Source: a virus
Lineage: Duplodnaviria > Caudoviricetes
Reading direction: 5' to 3' (one strand)
DNA length: 27,776 bases
IMG/VR virus record: IMGVR_UViG_3300044446_000044
Span: 1-27,776 of that record
Made by a program: the position numbers and the translations under genes
Shown here: positions 1-7,217 of the stretch, piece after piece
Layout: each line of letters begins with the position of its first letter
Numbering within the stretch: position 1 is the stretch's first letter
The notes under the pieces: generated by a model
What the model was told of the DNA's origin: nothing
Databases searched by the model: none
What the model saw: the letters and a program-made list of their open reading frames with translations, nothing else

Positions 1-45
1 GTGCTTCTTCGCGTCAGGCTCGGACATCGTAAACGTAATCTTCAT
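1..45 (-). CDS. 5' end of a hypothetical protein running off the window (MKITFTMSEPDAKKH...)
   Basis: ATG at 45 preceded by GAGG; frame open to the window edge. Confidence 0.4.
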   Translation of the reverse strand, partial: MKITFTMSEPDAKKH

Positions 46-149
46 CTGCGTTCCTCGACCCTAAAACCTGTTCCGATGATCATCAGCAGCCGAGCGATCA
101 GCAGTAAGACCTGCGTCTGATCGTCTCGTCATGTCTGACAATGGCATAC

Positions 150-380
150 TTAGATATTATCTCGACTTTCAGCCGAAGAATCAACGGACGTCAAAGCCTC
201 ATCTACCGACAGCACGCGAAGCATTCGTCGAAGACCGCATCCTGTCCTATGTCCGCCGTGCTTCTGATCCCCCGGCACGCGAGTCGTTTGGCAGACTGGA
301 CAAACCTCCCAGCGATCATGTCCTCTCCACTCAATGAGTCTTAGGAGGTTCAGAACCTCCATCTCTCGGAGCGTTAGCAC
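150..380 (-). CDS. Small Zn-binding hypothetical phage protein
   Basis: GTG start with GAGGAGG RBS; EW.G...CPVC...GH...C pattern. Confidence 0.6.
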   Translation of the reverse strand: MLTLREMEVLNLLRLIEWRGHDRWEVCPVCQTTRVPGDQKHGGHRTGCGLRRMLRVLSVDEALTSVDSSAESRDNI

Positions 381-936
381 GAGCGTCCTCCTCTTCGAGC
401 GCCTGACGAACGATATCCAGACAGAAGTCGATGTTCATGCCTTCGCGGTCGGTCCGGAACGCTCCATCCTTCACAAAGAGCGTTAGCGAGCCGAAGCCGA
501 TTCCGGATCGGTTCCAACCGATTTCGATTCCGTTTTTGAACGCACGGAACCGTAGCTCACCCTCCGATGGAACGGTTGGAGAAATGGCCACCTTCCCTTC
601 ACGAACGAGCCGTCGAGCCTCTCCCAGGATCTCCGTTCTCGTTGCGAAGCGAAACGTTCCGCCGCAGGCTGTTGTCTGTCCATCTCGTTCGACCGTCGCA
701 AGGCAGTTTCCTGTACATTTCGCCTCGAACTTTCCGCAAGACGTGCAGACGGCAGGTTGACCGAAGTTCGCTCTGCTCATACGGTCTTCTCCTTCCTGTC
801 GGCTTTCATGAGACTGAATATGCCGCTGTACGATGGCCTCAGCGACTTGCTGTTGTGGATTAACGGTGAAGCGGTCCTGCGCTTTGAAACCGCAGAGCGT
901 GCATTTCCACGACCAGTAGTCGATTTGCACGCTCAC
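331..936 (-). CDS. Hypothetical protein with C2H2-like finger and Cys-rich Zn-ribbon
   Basis: GTGA overlap with the upstream gene; CTLC...HIQSH and CTSC..C...C...CGG; internal AAGGAG+ATG at 780. Confidence 0.65.
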   Translation of the reverse strand: MSVQIDYWSWKCTLCGFKAQDRFTVNPQQQVAEAIVQRHIQSHESRQEGEDRMSRANFGQPAVCTSCGKFEAKCTGNCLATVERDGQTTACGGTFRFATRTEILGEARRLVREGKVAISPTVPSEGELRFRAFKNGIEIGWNRSGIGFGSLTLFVKDGAFRTDREGMNIDFCLDIVRQALEEEDARANAPRDGGSEPPKTH

Positions 937-1205
937 GGAACGTCCTTTGCCATGGCCTCGGCCTCTGCGTATGTTTCGTCCGTGACGTAGGGCAACTCGG
1001 CGAAGTGTCCGAGTGACACTCCAAGGAGTTGGATGAACTGTTCGCGGTCGGCAGTTGGAAAGTCAATCAACGCGAGCGTGTGCAGATCCCCGCCCTTGTC
1101 GGAGGCAAGATCATAGAGGAACGAGACGATTGCGTTCGGACGGAAGCGGATGACTCCGTTCGCATCTCGCTCGATCGGCTGAATGGGAAATGGCTCGTCA
1201 ACCAT
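933..1205 (-). CDS. Hypothetical phage protein
   Basis: 90 aa, stop overlaps the next start; P.QP...D.NG..RF..N.IV pattern recalled from phage hypotheticals. Confidence 0.7.
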   Translation of the reverse strand: MVDEPFPIQPIERDANGVIRFRPNAIVSFLYDLASDKGGDLHTLALIDFPTADREQFIQLLGVSLGHFAELPYVTDETYAEAEAMAKDVP

Positions 1206-1213
1206 GCGCCAGC

Positions 1214-1576
1214 CTATTTCTTTTCATAATATCCCTTTCTTACACGCTGCAGTAGCCCCGCGTTGTTTAGCGCTGCGAGTGCTGTACCGACATGATACCT
1301 TTCTTCGTGCGTGATGTGGCCTTCTGATCTCGCCACAATATCTGCGACGTTTACAGGACCGTCAGCACCGCTAACGATATTTAGTACGGTCTTCCGAAAG
1401 TCGCCATGGACACGTGTCGGACTCTCCAACCGTCTTGCAGTATTGAGGATCGTAGACAATCCTCTTGGTGTGTCCGTAAGGAGCGTTCTCGCGGCTTTCA
1501 AATCCTCGAGCTTCGCGGCGGTAGCTGCTACGTTGCGTTCCAACTCTGCTTCAATCACTGTGATGTCGATGGCCAT
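1214..1576 (-). CDS. Coiled-coil plus winged-HTH DNA-binding protein
   Basis: AGGAG RBS; N-terminal heptad helix; C-terminal wHTH-like end (VNVADIV...VGTALAALNNAGLLQRVRKGYY). Confidence 0.7.
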   Translation of the reverse strand: MAIDITVIEAELERNVAATAAKLEDLKAARTLLTDTPRGLSTILNTARRLESPTRVHGDFRKTVLNIVSGADGPVNVADIVARSEGHITHEERYHVGTALAALNNAGLLQRVRKGYYEKK

Positions 1577-1586
1577 TGGAGTCTCC

Positions 1587-1637
1587 TGATAATGAAGGTT
1601 TATGTATCATTATCACAGAATCGCATGCGCATATCAC
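1587..1637 (-). promoter_or_regulatory. Putative sigma70-type promoter overlapped by a 9-bp perfect inverted repeat (operator candidate)
   Basis: Minus strand GTGATA-17 nt-GATAAT with an extended TG; TGATAATGA-N11-TCATTATCA at 1587-1615 inside an AT-rich intergenic gap. Confidence 0.55.
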
Positions 1638-1703
1638 GTAACGTCCGTTGAAATTCCAGCGCGGTTTGAGTGATTTGGGACAGTTGGATTATAACAAGTC
1701 TTT

Positions 1704-1730
1704 GTAAGTTGTTGGAAATAAAGGACTTAC
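1704..1730. repeat. Inverted repeat GTAAGT-N15-ACTTAC
   Basis: gtaagt tgttggaaataaagg acttac, in the AT-rich gap. Confidence 0.6.
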
Positions 1731-1773
1731 GATTTATTTTTGTTCACTTATTCGGACGTCAAGACGGCTCCGC

Positions 1774-2106
1774 TCATCTCTCCTCCGGCGGCAGAGCCTT
1801 CTGCAGAATCTCAATCGCAAATTGTCTGTCCATGCTTCGATAGCCGTCAGCTTCGTCCTCCTTGAACTTGTCGAGGACAAAGCGGACTGCCTGGCGTAAG
1901 ACGTCGTAGTCCGCTTGCAGATCCGTGCTTCGCCGGAGTCCGTCCAGCGACGAATGACCGGCCGCTGATTCCAGCAGCTCTGCACACATGACAAGACGAA
2001 GATCGACGCCGGCAGGTAAGCGAAGATGGTCAGCATGGTAGCGAAGGGCATCGGCACAGACGAGGGCTAGCTTCGCGTCGAAGGGCTTCGTCGGCTTATC
2101 ACTCAT
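1774..2106 (-). CDS. Hypothetical protein
   Basis: 110 aa, helical, last gene before the AT-rich gap. Confidence 0.65.
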   Translation of the reverse strand: MSDKPTKPFDAKLALVCADALRYHADHLRLPAGVDLRLVMCAELLESAAGHSSLDGLRRSTDLQADYDVLRQAVRFVLDKFKEDEADGYRSMDRQFAIEILQKALPPEER

Positions 2107-2248
2107 TCTGCGGCTCTAGCCAAATGCCGGCGAGTCTCCAGCCGACTATCAGCGGAAGTGTCCACTCGATGAGGCTGACGGCAACGAGGAGATCGGGTCG
2201 TTGCCAGTATGTCAATTCTCGACGAAGAACGGGATCGAGTGGAGTCAT
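2099..2248 (-). CDS. 49-aa hydrophobic protein (MTPLDPVLRRELTYWQRPDLLVAVSLIEWTLPLIVGWRLAGIWLEPQNE)
   Basis: Read manually; ATGA overlap with the upstream ORF and overlap with the next start. Confidence 0.55.
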   Translation of the reverse strand: MTPLDPVLRRELTYWQRPDLLVAVSLIEWTLPLIVGWRLAGIWLEPQNE

Positions 2249-2394
2249 GTTCGTCGAGCCTCGTCTTTCCATTCCGTTGACATCCGCTCACACGGACAGA
2301 GTGAGCATTTGTAGATTCGACGAGAATGCCAGAAACGCCGATGCGCAGCGCGAGGATGCCCACAGCGGAGGCAGGCTGGAGTCTTCTTCGTCAT
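2245..2394 (-). CDS. 49-aa Zn-finger protein (CLRCGH...H...CSLCPC)
   Basis: Read manually; ATGA overlaps at both ends. Confidence 0.65.
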   Translation of the reverse strand: MTKKTPACLRCGHPRAAHRRFWHSRRIYKCSLCPCERMSTEWKDEARRT

Positions 2395-2867
2395 TGAACG
2401 GTCTTGATCCTAATCACTTTCCATCCTTCTGCGCGCAGAAACGCGTCACGAAGCAAGTCGTACTCTATGATGCCTTTCTGTGCGTGATACCTCCCATCGA
2501 TCTCAATATTAACCTTTGCTTCAACGTGAGCAAAGTCTAGATGGAATACATCTTGCCTATTCGGACCCCATCGCACGGAATGCGACTGAACATATCCATG
2601 CAAGAGAAGAAACTCGTAGCGGCTTTCCGTTGCGTCATGCGGCAGTGCGCCTGGATGTCCTCGAAGGCTTTCCGAGATTTTCTGCCTCGTTGCGTCTGAT
2701 AGAGGAGAACTTTTTCGATTCTTCGGATATGGCTTGCCTTTAAGCCCAGCAGAGATCGCTTTGCGCGTCTCGTCTGTTGCACGTCGCTGTTTCGCAGCTT
2801 CCGACATCGCTTGACGTGCAGCAGACTTCACATGGAGTCCACATGTACAGTCTGGAGGATGAATCAT
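2391..2867 (-). CDS. Free-standing NUMOD3-repeat plus DUF559 (Vsr/EDxHD-like) homing endonuclease
   Basis: ETRKAIS/ATRQKISESLRG repeats; LDFA..EAKVNIEIDGRYH...DLLRDAFLRAEGWKVIRI. Confidence 0.85.
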   Translation of the reverse strand: MIHPPDCTCGLHVKSAARQAMSEAAKQRRATDETRKAISAGLKGKPYPKNRKSSPLSDATRQKISESLRGHPGALPHDATESRYEFLLLHGYVQSHSVRWGPNRQDVFHLDFAHVEAKVNIEIDGRYHAQKGIIEYDLLRDAFLRAEGWKVIRIKTVQ

Positions 2868-3889
2868 CGCTCCTCCTCGAAGTACTCTGCCATAGGATGT
2901 CGATATTTTCCATCGCGCGTGCGTTCTTGAAACGCGATAACGAGACGTCTGCCAACATATGCATCAGCGTTTACTGCGAAGTCTGCACGCCAGGCATCAT
3001 TCAAGCTTTTTACGGTGATCTCTACTCCCATGTCATCGCGGAGTTGAATCATGGCATGAGGACCGAGAAGTCCAGGGACGAAGCCGATTACCGTCATCCG
3101 TGTAGTGCCTTCCTTCTTAAGCTTGAGCCATGCCTTACTTCGCTTCCCAGGTTCGTATGCCGCGTCCTTCCTCTTCAGAATTCCTCCCTCTCCACCCCTA
3201 TTCCAGAGCATGTGGAGGTTTTCTTCTGTCGGGTCGTACTGCGGAGCGACGGATAGGCCCTCAGCATTCCCATACCCTTGTGCATGCTCGAGCTTCGCTC
3301 CGACATGTTGGAGCATCTGGCGGCGAGCAATTCCACCGAGGTCCATGACGTTGGCGTTCTCCACGCGAAGCACGTCGAAGAAGACCAAGGACAACTTCTC
3401 GGCATTTTCCAGCGCCTTGACATCTGTCGACGTTCCGCCAGGTAGGTAGAGTTCTCCGTCAAACGTTCCATCCGGCACAAACGTCTTGATCGACGAGACG
3501 AGATGCGGAGGAAGTTCACGAGCGTTGCCGACGCGTGACCACGCCAGAGGATTCTCCCCCGCTCTCGTCGTAAGAATCAGTCGGTGGCCGTCGAACTTCT
3601 CTTCCAGCGCCCATTCTTCTCGCGAGTAGTCAGCGACAGACTTTCCAGCCAGCGGCTTCGAAGCTAGCATCGGAGAGATGGGATGGGATCCATCGTAGGC
3701 CGCTGGCGGAGTCCAATCTCCGGTCGACCCATCCCGAACCGCTTCTGTGTGTCTACATTCCGCGGGCGTCGCGCGTGAATACATAAACGACTCGCACGAG
3801 CACGAGATGTTTACATCATCATCCGACAGCGTGACCGTATGCGGAAGGCCAGGTCGGCTCTTCGACTTAAACTTATACGTCTTCGGCAT
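2864..3889 (-). CDS. lig: ATP-dependent DNA ligase with N-terminal SWIM Zn finger
   Basis: Motifs EEKFDGHR, FDGELY, FFDVL, EGGILK and WLKLK; N-terminal CSC...CRH; GAGGAGG RBS before ATG at 3889. Confidence 0.92.
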   Translation of the reverse strand: MPKTYKFKSKSRPGLPHTVTLSDDDVNISCSCESFMYSRATPAECRHTEAVRDGSTGDWTPPAAYDGSHPISPMLASKPLAGKSVADYSREEWALEEKFDGHRLILTTRAGENPLAWSRVGNARELPPHLVSSIKTFVPDGTFDGELYLPGGTSTDVKALENAEKLSLVFFDVLRVENANVMDLGGIARRQMLQHVGAKLEHAQGYGNAEGLSVAPQYDPTEENLHMLWNRGGEGGILKRKDAAYEPGKRSKAWLKLKKEGTTRMTVIGFVPGLLGPHAMIQLRDDMGVEITVKSLNDAWRADFAVNADAYVGRRLVIAFQERTRDGKYRHPMAEYFEEER

Positions 3890-4286
3890 CGTCTGCCTCC
3901 TCATCCAATTCGTTCAGGTCGCCGAGCGCTCGAGTCAGGACTTGCGCACGCGCGGTGTCTGCGACGTCAGTTGCTCGGATCTTGACTCGCTTGTAGACGG
4001 TCGTATACGACAAATCCAGCCGCTTCGCTACGGCCGCGATTCCATTCAACCGGATCTCCTCGATGATCTCGTCCGTCACGTCGAACTTCTGATTGTTCGG
4101 TCCGCCCTGCTTCCGAACGTCGATCTTCACGCGTTCAAGGGCCGTCCGGATGGTATTCCGCGAGACGTCAAGTTTCGTCGCCAGTTCGGAAATCGAGAAC
4201 CCCCGCGTTACGTAGAGGTCGGTCCAGAGCTCGAGCTCAGATCCGTACCCCAACTGCGAGGCGGTCAACTCCCAGGAAATCGGCAT
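3873..4286 (-). CDS. Tandem helix-turn-helix DNA-binding protein
   Basis: SISELATKLDVSRNTIRTAL and IAAVAKRLDLSYTTVYKRV. Confidence 0.8.
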   Translation of the reverse strand: MPISWELTASQLGYGSELELWTDLYVTRGFSISELATKLDVSRNTIRTALERVKIDVRKQGGPNNQKFDVTDEIIEEIRLNGIAAVAKRLDLSYTTVYKRVKIRATDVADTARAQVLTRALGDLNELDEEADDAEDV

Positions 4287-4303
4287 GATCCATTATCCCT
4301 TAT

Positions 4304-5167
4304 TCATATCGTCCGATCACCGGACGTCGGTAGACGATCATCCAGTGCAAGGTTCGTTAGTCGGTCTGCCGCGGTGTTCTTTTCCCGCGGGATATGTTCG
4401 TACGTGACACGCGAGACGCGTTGGGCCAGCCCTCGGGCTTTCGTGTGAAGAGGAACGAGTCCAACGTTCCGGACTTGATAGACGCTCCTCATCTGCTGAA
4501 CGAGGAGGAGAGAGTCGGAGCGAAAGATGACGGAGTCCACTTCGTGCGATGCAGCCCATTCCAGTCCGGCGATCAGTCCTCGATACTCTGCGACATTATT
4601 CGTTGCCGTTCCGATCCTCGCTCCAAACTCTTCGATCACCGAACCGTCAGGCCGCTCGACGCGAACTCCGAAGGCAGCAGGCCCCGGGTTTCCACGCGAC
4701 CCACCGTCTGTGTAGATTACGACCGAGTCAGGCATGTGCTCTCCTACGTCTGTGGACGTTAGAAAATCTTCGCGAAAAATTTGATGGCTTTCGTCGGACA
4801 GGATTCGGACGAAGCTCTCCGGGAGAATGACGTTGGGCGGTGCGCCACGGAAGAACGGAGCGATGTCACGCGGAGCGTAACCTGCCAAGCCGCAACCGAT
4901 TTCGACAACATCAAACTGGAGGTCTGGATGCATTCCTACGTACTGCAGGAAGATGCTCACGAACATCTGGATGGCGTCGAGCGACAGCGTACGAATCCCT
5001 GCATCCTTTGTCGGAATGGCGTACGCCTGGCCTTGTCGACCAGCTCCTATTCCATAAGCCGCACCGTGGTGTCGTAATGCGTGCAAGGCGGATCCTGCCC
5101 CGTGCCTTCCAGCGAGGTTCGATCCGAAGACGAAGATGTGTTCGGGCGTTTCGGGCGTTTCGGTCAT
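4304..5167 (-). CDS. rnhA: Fusion of a macrodomain-like phage domain (A1S_2505-like) and ribonuclease HI
   Basis: N-terminal IFVFGSN..GRHG.G, YAIPTK and IGCGLAG; C-terminal YTDGGSRGNPG, TNNVAEY, SDS and N..AD catalytic motifs. Confidence 0.88.
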   Translation of the reverse strand: MTETPETPEHIFVFGSNLAGRHGAGSALHALRHHGAAYGIGAGRQGQAYAIPTKDAGIRTLSLDAIQMFVSIFLQYVGMHPDLQFDVVEIGCGLAGYAPRDIAPFFRGAPPNVILPESFVRILSDESHQIFREDFLTSTDVGEHMPDSVVIYTDGGSRGNPGPAAFGVRVERPDGSVIEEFGARIGTATNNVAEYRGLIAGLEWAASHEVDSVIFRSDSLLLVQQMRSVYQVRNVGLVPLHTKARGLAQRVSRVTYEHIPREKNTAADRLTNLALDDRLPTSGDRTI

Positions 5168-6219
5168 TTGGATAGAAGGAGAAATTTCGTGTCCGGAAGA
5201 AGCTTTCTGTTTACCGAGGTCGACTGAATGAAAATATCGTACAACGGATGGGAGGCAGGCGATACCTTCACCTGATCGTGCGGGGGCAAGCCGAGGAGCG
5301 TGCGGGCATCGGCCCCTGTGTAGACCGTATGTGCTCTGCGTTCGTAGAGCGCAATCGTCTTCTGCGGTTGGACGACAACCGGCTTCGTCAGTTGATAATA
5401 GCCTTCCCCGAGAACGTACGGCCGGTGCGTCTCTTGCTCGACGAAAGTCGAGATCGGGATTCCGACTTTCTCATCTCGATTCCATCCGTGGATAATATCC
5501 CACGTAATCGTCGACATGCGAAACTGGCCGGGTCCGAGCCTCGTCATATTCGCGACGGTCGACGGCGCCAGACGGTCTGTCTGCAGCACGAACAGATTCT
5601 TCGTTCCGCGCACGCCTTTCGACCGACCCGCCATGTAATCGTCCGTCACGCGTTTGATGGTCTCACCAACCTCCATCATGCCTCGAGCGTCTGCGCTCCA
5701 GACGGCGATGTTGTCTTTCATGAAGCCGAACTTCTTCGCCTCATGCACGCCTTCGGCATTCGGTACGAAGACCGCGACCGTCCAGTTGTCAGGCAGGCTC
5801 CCTAGCCGCTGCGTCAGGACTCTCGGATCCGTCTGACTATCATTCTCCTGCCCATCTGTCAGGACGTAGGTCAGAAAGGCGTGATCGCCATACAGCTCAG
5901 GAGTCTTCGCGAGGTCGTCCAGTGCTTTCAACGTCGCGTCGATCAGGGCAGTCTGACCGTCTGGCTTGTACAGCCCGCGGAGAGACGGCAAGCGCAAGAC
6001 GTCCTTGTCGTAGAAGAGGCACTGGATCGTTCGTCGATAGCTGAAGCGGTAGACGGTCACCCGCGTCTCTTGATCGAGTTCTTTCGATCGATTCGCAAGG
6101 TGCTTGATCTGAGCGTCTGCCACGTCCACTACCTGCTTTTCGAGCTTCGCCATTGAGCCGGACGCGTCGAGTACGAGAGCGATGTGATTGATGTAGTTCG
6201 GAGTCGGTGTCGTCGTCAT
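5164..6219 (-). CDS. von Willebrand factor A domain protein with additional C-terminal domain
   Basis: MIDAS DASGS, TALIDA and LTDGQEN; start at 6219 inferred from ATGA overlap. Confidence 0.88.
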   Translation of the reverse strand: MTTTPTPNYINHIALVLDASGSMAKLEKQVVDVADAQIKHLANRSKELDQETRVTVYRFSYRRTIQCLFYDKDVLRLPSLRGLYKPDGQTALIDATLKALDDLAKTPELYGDHAFLTYVLTDGQENDSQTDPRVLTQRLGSLPDNWTVAVFVPNAEGVHEAKKFGFMKDNIAVWSADARGMMEVGETIKRVTDDYMAGRSKGVRGTKNLFVLQTDRLAPSTVANMTRLGPGQFRMSTITWDIIHGWNRDEKVGIPISTFVEQETHRPYVLGEGYYQLTKPVVVQPQKTIALYERRAHTVYTGADARTLLGLPPHDQVKVSPASHPLYDIFIQSTSVNRKLLPDTKFLLLSK

Positions 6220-6350
6220 GTCCTTCGTCCTTTCCGTCTGCGCCGTTGAGCGGTCGGTCCGAGTGATCGCATCCACCAACCGTCGGTTACGAGTCGCGTA
6301 GTTGCGTCAGAGTCGTATTCCATTCGGATGAGACGATGAAGCAAGTTCAT
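6216..6350 (-). CDS. 44-aa basic peptide (MNLLHRLIRMEYDSD...RRRRKGRRT)
   Basis: Read manually; ATGA overlaps at both ends. Confidence 0.55.
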   Translation of the reverse strand: MNLLHRLIRMEYDSDATTRLVTDGWWMRSLGPTAQRRRRKGRRT

Positions 6351-6703
6351 CTGAGTTGCGTCTCCTGCAGGTGATGGGAGAGAAACTCACGGAGCTTCGC
6401 GGTTGTCTCATCCGTCAGATCGTTGTATGCTACATACATCGAAACGGTCCACTCGGGCTCAAGCCGCAGCGCGAGGAGAGCGTGGTCTTCGAGGAATGAC
6501 TTGGGCGGATGCTCTAGACGTCGCCTGAGATCGTTCGCCGCGACAATATCACACGAGACTTCGTGACCGCCATCGAACGCACACGAGCAGAGGACGGGCG
6601 AATCCGGATTGCGCTCAGCTTCGTGGAAGTATGTAGTATCAAGCTTTTGGAGTTCCCGGTCCTCGAAGAGCATACGGTATGTAATCGGCCTAGGCTCGTT
6701 CAT
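6347..6703 (-). CDS. Hypothetical protein (CSC...H..SC motif)
   Basis: 118 aa, ATGA coupled. Confidence 0.65.
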   Translation of the reverse strand: MNEPRPITYRMLFEDRELQKLDTTYFHEAERNPDSPVLCSCAFDGGHEVSCDIVAANDLRRRLEHPPKSFLEDHALLALRLEPEWTVSMYVAYNDLTDETTAKLREFLSHHLQETQLR

Positions 6704-6894
6704 CGGAAGTTCTCCGGACCGAGAATGATGTGCCGGAACTTCGGCCTATCGGCGTGCTTCGCACGAATCCGTGCCCAAGTTCTTGCGACAGTGATATACC
6801 GTTCCGCCGTGAATCTTCCTTCCTGCCGCCAAAGCCACCACGTCCGTTGTTGTGGGAAGAATCCGTCCTGCGTTTCGACGATTCGATATTCCAT
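6700..6894 (-). CDS. Small hypothetical protein
   Basis: 64 aa; YRIVE...F.PQ.R.WW.W pattern typical of small phage proteins; coupled overlaps. Confidence 0.7.
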   Translation of the reverse strand: MEYRIVETQDGFFPQQRTWWLWRQEGRFTAERYITVARTWARIRAKHADRPKFRHIILGPENFR

Positions 6895-7052
6895 CAGTGT
6901 CTTCGAGGAATCCGGTGAACGATCATGGGGAGAAAGACGACGATCGTCTCGAGGCAGATTCCCCAGACGCTTGGCCAGTTGTCGTAGACAATCCAGAGGC
7001 CAACGGCCGCAAGGCTGATCTCCGCGAGTAGTTCCGTTCCGGCAGTTGTCAT
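6894..7052 (-). CDS. 52-aa membrane protein (two hydrophobic segments)
   Basis: Read manually: MTTAGTELLAEISLAAVGLWIVYDNWPSVWGICLETIVVFLPMIVHRIPRRH; overlaps at both ends. Confidence 0.6.
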   Translation of the reverse strand: MTTAGTELLAEISLAAVGLWIVYDNWPSVWGICLETIVVFLPMIVHRIPRRH

Positions 7053-7216
7053 GGCGTCCTCAGCTGACCGTTGTCATCATACCGCCAGTAGGGTGGTTGA
7101 TCGTCTGAAATCCACTTCGGGTAGTCCAATGGGTGCGTCATCCGAATATGATCCTTCACTCCGCCCTGCTCGCAGTGCTTCCTGCAGAAGGGACAGATGG
7201 GAGCAGTTCCACCCAT
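7049..7216 (-). CDS. 55-aa C2H2 Zn-finger protein
   Basis: Read manually: MGGTAPICPFCRKHCEQGGVKDHIRMTHP...; ATGA overlap with the next gene. Confidence 0.65.
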   Translation of the reverse strand: MGGTAPICPFCRKHCEQGGVKDHIRMTHPLDYPKWISDDQPPYWRYDDNGQLRTP

Positions 7217-7217
7217 T

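Noticed and set aside
2103-2363. 86-aa minus-strand ORF from the track
   Set aside because: Better explained by two 49-aa coupled ORFs in other frames.
2391-2867. Group I intron hosting the endonuclease (also considered for 19322-19885)
   Set aside because: Flanking genes look complete and overlap or closely abut the endonuclease ORFs, leaving no room for a ribozyme core.
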